A stretch of DNA of 64,000 bases from Candidatus Latescibacterota bacterium (lineage in GTDB: Bacteria > Latescibacterota > UBA2968 > UBA8231): assembly GCA_965217585.1 (NCBI GenBank), contig OZ244561.1:2304001-2368000 (forward strand), written 5' to 3'. This document shows, piece by piece, positions 1 to 9,460 of this stretch. A program made the translations under genes and the position numbers. How positions within the stretch are numbered: position 1 is the stretch's first letter; the number at the start of each line of letters is the position of its first letter. The notes beneath the pieces are model-generated. The model saw only the letters and a list, made by a program, of their open reading frames with translations. It was not told where the DNA came from and did not search any database.

Positions 1-408
1 CTGGCCGGCCGGTACGTGATCGGGGTCGCCGAGGGCCAAGCGGCCAGCGAAAGCATCGGCAAAGTCGAAGTCCCTTGCCAAGCGGATGGCGAAAGGCCCT
101 TCCTTGGATGCAATGACTACGAGGGTGTTGCCGAGGAGATCGACGCGAGTGTCTTGCTCAATGTGCTGGCGCGCTTGGAGGTAGTCCATCCACTCGGCAT
201 TGGCGGAAAAATAAATGTCGGCTGGCGCACCTGCGGCAATTTGTTTGGCCAAGGTCGAAGAACTGGCAACGGACAGGCGCATCCCCTCGTAGTGGGTGGC
301 TAGCTCTGCGAGTGCGGAACTTAGGCTGGCGGCGGCGAACACGCTTTGGGCCGCTGCTAGCGCGGGGCAGAGCAAAAGAAGTAAAATGCTAAGTGTGCGT
401 AGGGTCAT
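1..408 (-). CDS. modA: Molybdate ABC transporter substrate-binding protein (5' part; runs off the window start)
   Basis: Not in the ORF track. Manual translation from ATG at 408: MTLRTLSILLLLLCPALAAAQSVFAAASL...SSSTLAKQIAAGAPADIYFSAN...LLGNTLVVI...LALGDPDHVPAG. Signal peptide plus ModA motifs AAASL, SS.LA.QI..GAPAD and GDPDHVPAG. Confidence 0.9.
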   Translation of the reverse strand, partial: MTLRTLSILLLLLCPALAAAQSVFAAASLSSALAELATHYEGMRLSVASSSTLAKQIAAGAPADIYFSANAEWMDYLQARQHIEQDTRVDLLGNTLVVIASKEGPFAIRLARDFDFADAFAGRLALGDPDHVPAGQ

Positions 409-2767
409 GGTGCCAAAATTCGGCCAGCGACTGGGCGATATGGGCTGGGTTGCGGACGGAATGCACCGGGTGCCAAGAGGAGGGAAAGAGCTGGCGGTAG
501 CGGCTTTGCGCAAAGCGGCGATCGACGAGGAGGATCGCGCCGCGGTCGCTCGCGGTGCGGATGACGCGACCGGCGGCCTGTAACACGCGGTTCATGCCCG
601 GATAGACGTAGGCGTACGCAAAGCCGGGAATCTCGCGCTCGTCGAAATAGTGGCGGATCAGGTCGCGCTCCAAGCACAGTTGCGGCAGCCCAACGCCAAC
701 GACCACTGCACCGACCAGTCGCTCGCCGACTAAATCGATCCCCTCGCCAAAGACGCCGCCCATTACCGCGAAACCCACTATGTGCTGCGCGGGCTGTAAT
801 GGCTCCGCGTCGAAGACGGAGAGGAATGCCTCGCGCTGGTGGTCGGACATGCCGCTTTCTTGGACGAGGAGGTCGATGCTCGGGTGCGCTTCGGCAAAGC
901 GCGTGGCTACCTCCTCCATGTATTTGTACGAAGGGAAAAAGGCGAGGTAATTGCCCGCGCGCTGGCTGACGAGGGCGGCGATGGACTCGGCGATGTCGTC
1001 GTAGCTCTCGCCGCGCTTTTTGTACGTCGTCTCAATGTGGTCGGCCAGCAGCAGGCGCAGGTGCTCGGGCGGGAAAGGCGAGCCAAGGCTCAACAAGGTA
1101 TCCCCTTCCTCGCCACCGAGCAGGTCGCGGAAGTACGCCAGCGGCGAGAGCGTGGCCGAGAAGAACACGGCCGCGCAGCCGCGCCCTAGGGCTTGGCGGA
1201 TATTGGGCGCTGGGTCGAGACAGAACAGCCGGAAGCGAATGTCCCGACCCTGTTTTTCGGTGTACGTGGTGTAGTGTTCGTCGAAAAGCTCGCCGATGCG
1301 CTCAAAGCCCAGTGCCCGGAAGTAGCACTCGATCAATTCGTCCCAAAAGGGCAAGGCCGCGCCCTGCTCTAGTACCTTCTCGGCGGCGCGAAGGACGTTG
1401 TGGACCAGCGCCATCAGATCCGTCGGCAACTGCGGGCTGATCCAGCACTCGCCGTCGCCTTCCTGCTCAACCTTCTTGCCGAGTTTGGCAAAGTAGCGGT
1501 TGAGGGCGTCGAGTTGCTTGCTCAGGTCGGGATGCGTCTTGCCGACTAAGCGCTTTAGTCCTGAGATCTCGGTTTTGCAGAGATCGGCCGAAAACATCTC
1601 GCGCGCCCGATCGACGAGATTGTGTGCCTCGTCAATCAGGAAGGCGTATTGTCCGCTGACGTCTTGGAAGAAGCGCTTGAGGAAGGCGCGCGGATCGAAG
1701 ACGTAGTTGTAATCGCAGATGATGACGTCGGTCCACGGCGCGAGATCGAGCGAGAACTCAAAAGGGCAGACGCGATGCTTTTGCGCGCATTCCTCGACGA
1801 GAGAACGGGTGAAGGCGTCGTGGGTGAAGATGTCTTCAAGCGCGTCGTTGATGCGGTCGTAGTAGCCGCGGGCAAACTCGCATTGGTCGGGATCGCAGGT
1901 GCTGCCGCCGTTGGGTTTGAAGCAGATTTTGTCGCGGGCCGTCAGCGTCAGGCTCTTGAGACGCGCGCCTCCCCCGCGCAGGTCGTCAAGGGCCTTTTCG
2001 GCGATTCTGCGTCCGCTGGTCTTGGCCGTCAGGTAGAAGATTTTTTCGGCATGACCCAAGCCGAGGGCCTTGGCGGCTGGGAACAGGGTCGAGATGGTCT
2101 TGCCGATGCCGGTGGGTGCTTGGGCAAAAGCCCGACCGCGGGCGTCGATGGTGCGGTAGGTGACCACGGCCAGATCGCGCTGGCCGGGCCGGTACTCGGC
2201 AAAGGGAAATTCGAGCGCCTCCAGCGAAAGGTCGCGCTCGGCGCACCACTGGTGATAGATTCGCGCCCAATGCAGGTAGCGCTCGATGAGATCGGAGCAA
2301 AACGCCGCCAGTTCGTCGCACGCAAAGGTGCGGCGGTCCTCGCGGCGCTCATGGGTATCTAATTGCAGGTAGGTTAGCTGGATGTCGATGGCGTCGAGGC
2401 CACTTTGCTCGGCGACCATAAAGGCGTAGAGCTTGGCCTGTGCCCAGTGCGCCGGGTTGTCGGGAGCGATCTCGTCGAGGTCGGCCTCGGTGGTCTTGAT
2501 TTCCTCGATGAGCACGGCGTCGTCTTCGACGAGCAGGCCGTCGATGCGACCGCTTATTTCGAGGGTGATCTCGTCGGTCTCGACTAGGTAGGAGATGGGT
2601 ACTTCCGCCTGATAGTCGGCGGGGCGGGCGCGCTGGACTTGCTGGTGGCCGCGCGTGCCTTCCACTAGGCGGTCGGGGCGGGAAAAGCCGCCGGACACTA
2701 GATCGCCGGAGCGCAGCACGAAGCCGATAAGTTCGCGGACCGAGGTTTTGAGCAGACGCGGGGGCAT
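389..2767 (-). CDS. Rad3/DinG-family Fe-S DNA helicase with N-terminal PD-(D/E)xK nuclease domain
   Basis: N-terminal GRIDG...IEEIKTT nuclease motif; Q-motif YRPGQ; Walker A APTGIGKT; Fe-S cysteines; DEAH; SATLSP; motif VI QAAGRVIR. Confidence 0.9.
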   Translation of the reverse strand: MPPRLLKTSVRELIGFVLRSGDLVSGGFSRPDRLVEGTRGHQQVQRARPADYQAEVPISYLVETDEITLEISGRIDGLLVEDDAVLIEEIKTTEADLDEIAPDNPAHWAQAKLYAFMVAEQSGLDAIDIQLTYLQLDTHERREDRRTFACDELAAFCSDLIERYLHWARIYHQWCAERDLSLEALEFPFAEYRPGQRDLAVVTYRTIDARGRAFAQAPTGIGKTISTLFPAAKALGLGHAEKIFYLTAKTSGRRIAEKALDDLRGGGARLKSLTLTARDKICFKPNGGSTCDPDQCEFARGYYDRINDALEDIFTHDAFTRSLVEECAQKHRVCPFEFSLDLAPWTDVIICDYNYVFDPRAFLKRFFQDVSGQYAFLIDEAHNLVDRAREMFSADLCKTEISGLKRLVGKTHPDLSKQLDALNRYFAKLGKKVEQEGDGECWISPQLPTDLMALVHNVLRAAEKVLEQGAALPFWDELIECYFRALGFERIGELFDEHYTTYTEKQGRDIRFRLFCLDPAPNIRQALGRGCAAVFFSATLSPLAYFRDLLGGEEGDTLLSLGSPFPPEHLRLLLADHIETTYKKRGESYDDIAESIAALVSQRAGNYLAFFPSYKYMEEVATRFAEAHPSIDLLVQESGMSDHQREAFLSVFDAEPLQPAQHIVGFAVMGGVFGEGIDLVGERLVGAVVVGVGLPQLCLERDLIRHYFDEREIPGFAYAYVYPGMNRVLQAAGRVIRTASDRGAILLVDRRFAQSRYRQLFPSSWHPVHSVRNPAHIAQSLAEFWHHDPTHT

Positions 2768-2786
2768 GGTGTATAATATAGGGTGC

Positions 2787-2922
2787 TATAGCAATCCTAC
2801 ATCATTTACAAGGTGATCCGCAGATGGACGCAGATAGACGCAGATAGACGCAGATAGACGCAGAATAGGATGTACAAGACGATCCACTGCTCGGATCGTT
2901 CAAATCATGCCGCATTGCTATA
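2787..2922. mobile_element. MITE-like element with imperfect terminal inverted repeats and TA ends
   Basis: Left end tatagcaatcctacatcattt (2787-2807) matches the reverse complement of the right end aaatcatgccgcattgctata (2902-2922) at 17/21 positions. No coding capacity. Confidence 0.5.
2819..2864. repeat. Tandem repeat of 10-bp unit cgcagataga, about 4.5 copies
   Basis: cgcagatgga cgcagataga cgcagataga cgcagataga cgcaga, read directly. Confidence 0.95.
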
Positions 2923-2956
2923 TCAGGCACTTGCATTCTCACAGGAGGAGATGATG

Positions 2957-3829
2957 ATGAGTCAATCTGTAGTCTTGGGCGTCATCGGTGGGTCGGGGTT
3001 GTACCATATAGAAGGGATCGAAACGGTCGCCGAGCACCGGCTAGACACGCCCTTTGGCGCGCCCGCGGACGCCATTGTCGAGGCGCGAATCAGCGGGCAC
3101 ACGGTGCATTTCCTGCCGCGACATGGCCGGGGGCATCGGCTGCTGCCGACCGAAGTGCCCGCTCGCGCCAATATCCACGCGCTCAAGCAACTTGGTGTGA
3201 ACCACGTTTTGGCCATCAGTGCCTGTGGGATCATGCAGGAGGCGATTCGGCCTGGGGATATGATCGTGCCCGACCAAATTTTCGACCGCACGCGCGGACA
3301 ACGCCCATCGACGTTCTTCGGCGACGGGATCGCCGGACATGTGATGTTTGCCGACCCGTTCTGTGAGACATTGCGGGGCGTGGTCATTGCTGCGGCTCAA
3401 GCGGCGGGTGCCAACGTCCACGAGGGTGGCACCTACCTCTGCATGGAGGGACCGGCCTTTTCCACCCGCGCTGAGTCGCATTTCTACCGCAACGCCGTGG
3501 GCGCGGCCGTGATCGGCATGACCGCCCTGCCCGAGGCTAAGCTGGCGCGCGAAGCGGAAATGTGCTATGCGTTGCTGGCGACGGGTACCGACTACGACTG
3601 CTGGCACGAGGAGGAGGAGGACGTGACCGTTGATCAAGTGTTAGCGGTGCTACGGGCCAACAGCACCTTGGCCAAGCAGATCGTCTCCGAGGTTGCCACG
3701 CGCCTGCCGGCTGAATCCGCTTGCCCTTGTTTGCGCGCCGCCGAACGCGCCATCATCACCGACCCAGCGGCGATTCCTCCAGCGGCGAAGGAGCGGCTGC
3801 GGATGCTCTACGGGAAATATTGGAATTGA
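2957..3829 (+). CDS. mtnP: S-methyl-5'-thioadenosine phosphorylase
   Basis: Motifs GVIGGSG, FLPRHGRGH, EGPAFSTRAES, GMTALPEAKLARE and TDYDCW. RBS aggagg at 2944-2949 precedes the ATG run at 2951-2957. Confidence 0.93.
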   Translation: MSQSVVLGVIGGSGLYHIEGIETVAEHRLDTPFGAPADAIVEARISGHTVHFLPRHGRGHRLLPTEVPARANIHALKQLGVNHVLAISACGIMQEAIRPGDMIVPDQIFDRTRGQRPSTFFGDGIAGHVMFADPFCETLRGVVIAAAQAAGANVHEGGTYLCMEGPAFSTRAESHFYRNAVGAAVIGMTALPEAKLAREAEMCYALLATGTDYDCWHEEEEDVTVDQVLAVLRANSTLAKQIVSEVATRLPAESACPCLRAAERAIITDPAAIPPAAKERLRMLYGKYWN

Positions 3830-3861
3830 CCGCTTCTAAGAGCGGCGAAAGGACGAATGAC

Positions 3862-4914
3862 ATGGCTACGGTGAAAGTGAATTGGACGAGAAAAATCTTC
3901 GGCGGCGGTCGCGGCTGGCACGTCGGCAGCTTGGTGCGCTGGAAGGGCGCGTATCACGTATGCTTTGTCGGTGGCAGTGGCCACGGCAGCGGCGATTCGC
4001 AAATCCGCGTCTGCTCGTCTGCAGATCTGGAGACTTGGACCAGCCAAATCGCCCTAGGCGCGAAGACCATCGACCCGAACCTGCTGCCCGTGGGCGACCG
4101 GCTCTTGGTGTACGGAGTGCGCCTCAGCCGCGAAGAAGCCGCAGGGGAAGCAGAGCCTGAGTACGGCTTCACATCGCAGCAAATAGTCGCCGCGACGACC
4201 GACGGGAAGGTTTGGAGTCCGCCCCGGCGCTGCTTTGTGATGAATCACGACTTCTGGCATCCGGTGGAGCACGAGGGCCGCTATTGGGTCGCTTGCGACA
4301 CGGTCGGCCACACCCCCCACGCCAGCCACAATTCGGTCGATTTGCTCGTTTCCGACGACGGGGAACGCTGGCAGTGGGTCAGCGAAATCATCCACGGTAC
4401 CACGCACCCTGAATACCGCGACACAACCGGCCTCGAATTTGGCGTGCAAGCGCCGAGCGAAACGTCTCTTTGCTTTGGGGAAGACCAGCGCCTGTTGGCC
4501 GTCACCCGCGCCCGAGGCTACTGCGCCCTGCTTTCCACCGCACAACCGCCCTACGACCAATGGGAGCGCACCTTGTCGCACGAATCGCGCTGCTACGGCT
4601 CGGCCATAGCCCAAGTAGGCCGCCACATACTCGTCACCGGCCGCAGCTTCAACAACGAAGGGATTCGCGCCACGGCCGACCAATTCAACGAACCCTTCAG
4701 CCCGCACGACCAGACCCAACTCCGCACCGGAGTTTTCCTCTACGAAGACGGCGATATTCAGTTAAAGGCCGTACTGCCCAGCGGCGGCGACACGGGCTAC
4801 GGCGGCATCTTGCCGATGGGCGACGATCACGCGCTCATCGCGTACTACTCGACCTACGAATCGCCCGACGGGGAGTCTTGCGTCTATTTGTCTTCAGTAA
4901 CCATTGAGGATTGA
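3862..4914 (+). CDS. Sialidase-like/BNR beta-propeller protein
   Basis: Asp-box-like motifs (SADLETW, TTDGKVW, SDDGERW); C-terminal LPSGGDTGY...YYS; RBS aagga upstream. Confidence 0.65.
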   Translation: MATVKVNWTRKIFGGGRGWHVGSLVRWKGAYHVCFVGGSGHGSGDSQIRVCSSADLETWTSQIALGAKTIDPNLLPVGDRLLVYGVRLSREEAAGEAEPEYGFTSQQIVAATTDGKVWSPPRRCFVMNHDFWHPVEHEGRYWVACDTVGHTPHASHNSVDLLVSDDGERWQWVSEIIHGTTHPEYRDTTGLEFGVQAPSETSLCFGEDQRLLAVTRARGYCALLSTAQPPYDQWERTLSHESRCYGSAIAQVGRHILVTGRSFNNEGIRATADQFNEPFSPHDQTQLRTGVFLYEDGDIQLKAVLPSGGDTGYGGILPMGDDHALIAYYSTYESPDGESCVYLSSVTIED

Positions 4915-4930
4915 CCACGGAGATTTGCCC

Positions 4931-6007
4931 ATGGCGGAATGTTTTAGAATAGCGGTCGTCGGCGTCGGCCGGATTGGCGCATTCCACGCCCGCCACGTCC
5001 AAGAGCTGGCCAGCGAGCGGGGCGATTGCGCGTTGACCGCCGTAGTGGACGGCTACGGCGACTTGGCCGCCGAGATCGCGGCCCAACTACAGACAGGCCA
5101 AGAAACGGCGATTGGTGTCTTCAAAGATGTAGAGGAACTGGTCGCGGCTAAGGCAGCCGACGGCGCGTTCATTGCCTCGCGCACTGAAAACCACTACCGC
5201 GATGCGCAGACCTTGATCGACGCGGGCTGGCGCGTTTTGATGGAAAAGCCGCTGACGCACTCGCTGGCCACCGCGCGGGAGTTTGCCGCCTATCTAGACG
5301 CCGACGATTTTCGCCGCACGGCGCTGATGCAGGCTTTTATGCGCCGCTTCGACGCCCCGCTGTTATGGGCCAAAGTCCTGTTGGATCAAGGCGCTATCGG
5401 CGCGCCGTTCAAGATCGTCTCGATCCTCGAAGATCCAGTGCCGCCGCCCGACGGGTACAATAGCTCCGGCCTACTCTCGGATATGGCGGTCCACAATATC
5501 GACGAGATCCTCTGGCTCGGCGGACAGCGGCCCGAGCGGCTGGCTGGCTTTGGTAGTCTGCTTTACAACCAGCAGCACACGGACGTCAAAGAGGATTTCG
5601 ACGATGCCCTCTTACAGATGTACTTTCCCGAGAACTTAATCGGCCAAGTGACGGTGAGCCGCAATCACGTGGCTGGGTATCGCAATGAGACGTGGGTTTA
5701 CGGGACGGAGGGGTTGGTGCATGTGGGGGCCTTTAGTGCCGACTCGCTCTTGGTGGAAGTGGAGGCCTTTGGGCGGCGGGGCTTAATCGAGCGGCGGGAA
5801 TTCGCCCTGCGCGATTACGGCGCAGAAGTGCTGTTTTTTATCGAGCGTTTCGGACCGGCGTACAAGGCCGAGGTGGCCCACTATATCGACCAGTGCCGCG
5901 CTGGAGCGCCCTTTGCCGTTGATCACCGCGATGGGCTGAGGGCGCTGGAGATCGCGATGGTGGGGAGTGGGGCGTTGCAGGGACGTGAGGGAGGCGTAGC
6001 GGTATGA
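4931..6007 (+). CDS. Gfo/Idh/MocA oxidoreductase (inositol dehydrogenase-like)
   Basis: GVGRIG Rossmann motif, EKP, FMRRFD, DMAVHNID. Confidence 0.88.
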   Translation: MAECFRIAVVGVGRIGAFHARHVQELASERGDCALTAVVDGYGDLAAEIAAQLQTGQETAIGVFKDVEELVAAKAADGAFIASRTENHYRDAQTLIDAGWRVLMEKPLTHSLATAREFAAYLDADDFRRTALMQAFMRRFDAPLLWAKVLLDQGAIGAPFKIVSILEDPVPPPDGYNSSGLLSDMAVHNIDEILWLGGQRPERLAGFGSLLYNQQHTDVKEDFDDALLQMYFPENLIGQVTVSRNHVAGYRNETWVYGTEGLVHVGAFSADSLLVEVEAFGRRGLIERREFALRDYGAEVLFFIERFGPAYKAEVAHYIDQCRAGAPFAVDHRDGLRALEIAMVGSGALQGREGGVAV

Positions 6008-7164
6008 AAGTCACGAGGATCGAGACCCTGCGGGCCAGCCGCTTTATCTACGTGCGGGTGCACACTGACGAGGGCATAGCGGGGGTCGGCGAGTTGCACC
6101 CCGCAAGCGGTACCAGCGGCACGCCGTTTGCGCCCATTGCGGCGGTGGAGTACTGCGCCGAGTACCTAATCGGCAAGGATCCCCTCCACATTGAGCGCAA
6201 CTGGCAGCATCTGTTCCGCCGCTGCGTGTTTCGCGGCGGCGCAGACACTATGGCTGCGATCGGTGCAATCGACATGGCGCTGTGGGACATCAAGGGCAAG
6301 GTAGCCGAGTTACCCGTTCATTCGCTGCTGGGCGGTCCCACGCGGGAGCGCGTACGCGTGTACTCCCATCTGCAGGGCGACTCCCCGGCGGAGTTGGCCG
6401 AAGACGCCCGGCGCATGGTCGAGGGCGGCTACACAGCCCTGCGTCTCTATCCGTTCGGCGCCTTTGCGTCCGGCGAGGGCACAAGCCTAGAGCAACTGTC
6501 GTTTCGCGGCATGGCTAAGCACGCCGCGGCTACCTTGCAGGCGGTGCGCGACGCCGTGGGCGACGAGATCGATCTCATGGTCGATGTAGTCAACCGCCTC
6601 ACGCCGCCGGAGGCCATTGAGGTGGCCAAGGCGCTTGAGCCCTATGGCCTGTTTTTTTTCGAGGACCCTATCGAGCCTGAAAACATGGATGCGTGGGGCC
6701 ATGTCGCGGCCAATATGCCGGTGCCAGTGGCCATGGGCGAGCGGCTCTACACCACCTACCAGTTCCGCGAGTTGCTGGCCCACAAGGGGGCTTCGTACCT
6801 CCGGCCGGACTTGTCGCTCGCCGGTGGAATCACGAATTGCAAAAAGATCGCGGCGCTGGCCGAAGCAAGTTACGTGGGCGTTGCCCCGCACAACCCGCTG
6901 AGTTGCGTCCTGACCGCGGCGTGCGTGCAACTCGACGCCGCCATCCACAACGTCGCCATTCAGGAGTACCCGAGGGACGAGTACGATGCCCCGAAACGAG
7001 ATCTGGTCGAGATGCCACTGCGGTGCGAGGGCGGTTTCCTGATTGTTCCGCAGACTCCCGGCATTGGGATTGAACTGAACGACGAAGCGTTCCCGCACTA
7101 TCCGCCTGTGCCCTATACCCGGGCGCCGGTGATTGGACCCGACGGCGCCCTGCGAGACTACTGA
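6004..7164 (+). CDS. Mandelate racemase/enolase superfamily acid-sugar dehydratase (galactonate dehydratase-like)
   Basis: AIDMALWDIKGK, LLGG, FFEDP, GERL, APHNP, PGIGIE; ATGA overlap with the upstream gene. Confidence 0.88.
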   Translation: MKVTRIETLRASRFIYVRVHTDEGIAGVGELHPASGTSGTPFAPIAAVEYCAEYLIGKDPLHIERNWQHLFRRCVFRGGADTMAAIGAIDMALWDIKGKVAELPVHSLLGGPTRERVRVYSHLQGDSPAELAEDARRMVEGGYTALRLYPFGAFASGEGTSLEQLSFRGMAKHAAATLQAVRDAVGDEIDLMVDVVNRLTPPEAIEVAKALEPYGLFFFEDPIEPENMDAWGHVAANMPVPVAMGERLYTTYQFRELLAHKGASYLRPDLSLAGGITNCKKIAALAEASYVGVAPHNPLSCVLTAACVQLDAAIHNVAIQEYPRDEYDAPKRDLVEMPLRCEGGFLIVPQTPGIGIELNDEAFPHYPPVPYTRAPVIGPDGALRDY

Positions 7165-7199
7165 TTAAAGCACCTCTGAACGCGGTCTCAGGCAGACTA

Positions 7200-8174
7200 C
7201 TAGCGCATTGTCAGTTCGGCGAGGTAGATGGCTGTGCTGCCTTCATGGCTCGAGTAATAAGACAACAGTCCTCGTTCTGCACTCAGCGCCACAAACCCAG
7301 GATAAGAGCAGTCGCCACCGCTCGGCAGCTCTGCTGCTTCGTGCAGCGCGTCTTCGTGCAGCCAGTAGAGCGAGGTCGCCGCGGTGTCGTCTGCCTTGCG
7401 TTTGCGCCCTCCTACGAGGCAGCGGTCGCCCCAGCGCGCCAGCAAGGGGCCGCCGACATTGCGGTCGAGGGATACGGATGTCCAGACCGTCCAAGGGGGT
7501 GCCGAGCGGCAGATGCGAGCCTGCGCTTCGCCGCCGCCGCGAACCAGCGCCACCGCAGAATCATCTGCGTCGAACAGGAACGCGGTTTCATCGCCGAAAT
7601 CCCCGACGAAGAGAGACCGGAAAGACCACACTAGGCCGTCAGCACTTTCGAGCATCGCCGCCTCGATCGACTCGGGCTCCTGCTCGTCCGCTATGCCGGA
7701 CGCGTACGCGCGCCGCCGCCGGCCGCACAAGAACGCGCGGTCGCCGTGCGCGGCCGCCCGCCAGATGTAATGGCCGTACGTGCCCTCCATCTGCGTCGGT
7801 CCGCTCCACTTGGATCCGTCCGCGGTCCACGCAGCGTACCCGAGATGTTCGTTGAGGTTCAGGGGGAGGCCCGCCTCCGGCAGCAGCCAGGTACCGGTGT
7901 AGACGAACAACGATCCCTTGAAGACGAGGAAGTGGGGGTCGCGCGTGTCGCGACCTGGGACGCAAAAGGTGAATGCCTCTGACCAACGGCGACCGTCGTC
8001 GCTTTTGAGGACGACGACCCAGGCGGAACTCGAGATGCCGTGGCCGTCGGGAGAGCTCCGGAAGGTCAGGTAAAATCTGCCTGCGTAGGAGCAGAGATCT
8101 GTGAAGGCGTTGTGGTTGGCATCCTTGCGAGCGGTTGTTAAGGTTTCGACCTGAATGGTCGGCAAATGAGACAT
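7200..8174 (-). CDS. Sialidase-like beta-propeller protein
   Basis: HNAFTDL, SDDGRRW, RDPHF, SADGLVW, ELPSGGDCSYPG...YYSSHEG. Confidence 0.65.
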   Translation of the reverse strand: MSHLPTIQVETLTTARKDANHNAFTDLCSYAGRFYLTFRSSPDGHGISSSAWVVVLKSDDGRRWSEAFTFCVPGRDTRDPHFLVFKGSLFVYTGTWLLPEAGLPLNLNEHLGYAAWTADGSKWSGPTQMEGTYGHYIWRAAAHGDRAFLCGRRRRAYASGIADEQEPESIEAAMLESADGLVWSFRSLFVGDFGDETAFLFDADDSAVALVRGGGEAQARICRSAPPWTVWTSVSLDRNVGGPLLARWGDRCLVGGRKRKADDTAATSLYWLHEDALHEAAELPSGGDCSYPGFVALSAERGLLSYYSSHEGSTAIYLAELTMR

Positions 8175-8214
8175 TGTCGTTGTGCCTTTCTCGGGAGCGG
8201 TGGTAGAGAGCTTC

Positions 8215-9360
8215 TCAGGCGCCCCCCTCGACTTGGCGCGCCATCTGCGCCATATAGGCGGCTCGACCCATGAGGTCTTTCTTGTAGTTCCAGCGCATCT
8301 TTTCCGGGTACATCACTAGGGAGCGGTCCGCCAAGGGCAGGGACACCCGGGCGCCGCCCTGCCGGTGCGATTGGCGCAGGGCCACGGCCAACTCCAGGGC
8401 ATGGCGCAAATCGTCGCCGCTGGTGATTGCCAAGTCTCCGCCTTCTTCGAGGACGCGGACGATATCCTCGACAATGGCCCGCATCACCGGCCCGGGATCC
8501 TGCCAGCCCTCGTCGTCGTACCCCCTCTCCTCCTCGGTGTATTGCTCGAACACCCCTTCCACCTCGACCAAAGGGGCCCCTCGACCGCTGTGCTTGAACA
8601 GGCGCAAACCGAGGGCCGTATTGTTCCAATTGCAGATCAGCCCCTCGCTGCCCACCACCTCGAGGCCGCGCCAGGTCGGGCCCGGGAAGCTGCTGAAGCA
8701 CTCTATGCCATTGCCAAAGCGAATGTACCCGCCCACGCCGCCGAAACCAGTGGCTCCTTCCTCGTAGGGTTCCTCGTGATCGCTATGGGGATCGCCCTCG
8801 ACCCGGCCGACGACCCACTCCGCCGGCACCTTGGCGGCGAACTTGCGCGCCAAGTTCAAACCGTGGCAGCCACCTTGGCCGTTGCCGCCGTACAGATTGA
8901 TGCGCTGCACTTGGCCAATCGCCCCCCCCGCGGCCAACTCGTAGGCCCGGCGGTAGTCTGGATGGCTCGACACCATGACGCCCGAGGCCAGATACACGCC
9001 CCGCCGCTGGCAGCTCTCCACCATGCGGTCGGCTGCGGACAGCCGGGCCGTCAGCGGTTTTTCGCAAAAGATGGCCTTGACCCCGGCCTGGGCCGCGGCC
9101 ACCACTGCTCCGGCGTTGGCTCCCACCGGCAGCACTGGCATGGCGATATCGATCGACTCGCGTGCCAACATCTCCTCGTAGGTGGCGTAGCCGGGCACCC
9201 CGAAGCGGCGGCAACCCAGCGCCAGATTTTCCGCATCCGTATCGGCAATGGCCACCACCTTGCACAAGGGGTGCACATCAAAGGCCCGGGCCCGGCTGGT
9301 GCCGGCCCGTCCGCAGCCAATGACGCCGACCCGGTATTTCGCTTTTCGCTTTTCTTTCAT
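8215..9360 (-). CDS. Gfo/Idh/MocA oxidoreductase
   Basis: GVIGCGRAG Rossmann motif and IFCEKP. Confidence 0.85.
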   Translation of the reverse strand: MKEKRKAKYRVGVIGCGRAGTSRARAFDVHPLCKVVAIADTDAENLALGCRRFGVPGYATYEEMLARESIDIAMPVLPVGANAGAVVAAAQAGVKAIFCEKPLTARLSAADRMVESCQRRGVYLASGVMVSSHPDYRRAYELAAGGAIGQVQRINLYGGNGQGGCHGLNLARKFAAKVPAEWVVGRVEGDPHSDHEEPYEEGATGFGGVGGYIRFGNGIECFSSFPGPTWRGLEVVGSEGLICNWNNTALGLRLFKHSGRGAPLVEVEGVFEQYTEEERGYDDEGWQDPGPVMRAIVEDIVRVLEEGGDLAITSGDDLRHALELAVALRQSHRQGGARVSLPLADRSLVMYPEKMRWNYKKDLMGRAAYMAQMARQVEGGA

Positions 9361-9460
9361 GGAGATCTGTCCCAGTTATTGGATAATAGAATCGGGTTAA
9401 TGATAAGGTTGCAAAGTGTCCTTGCCCAGGCCTGGCGTCGATTGCAGGCATTGGGGGCCA

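Noticed and set aside
2819-2864. Possible CRISPR array near a Cas4-like/DinG gene
   Set aside because: Units are 10 bp and contiguous with no spacers; no cas genes are present.
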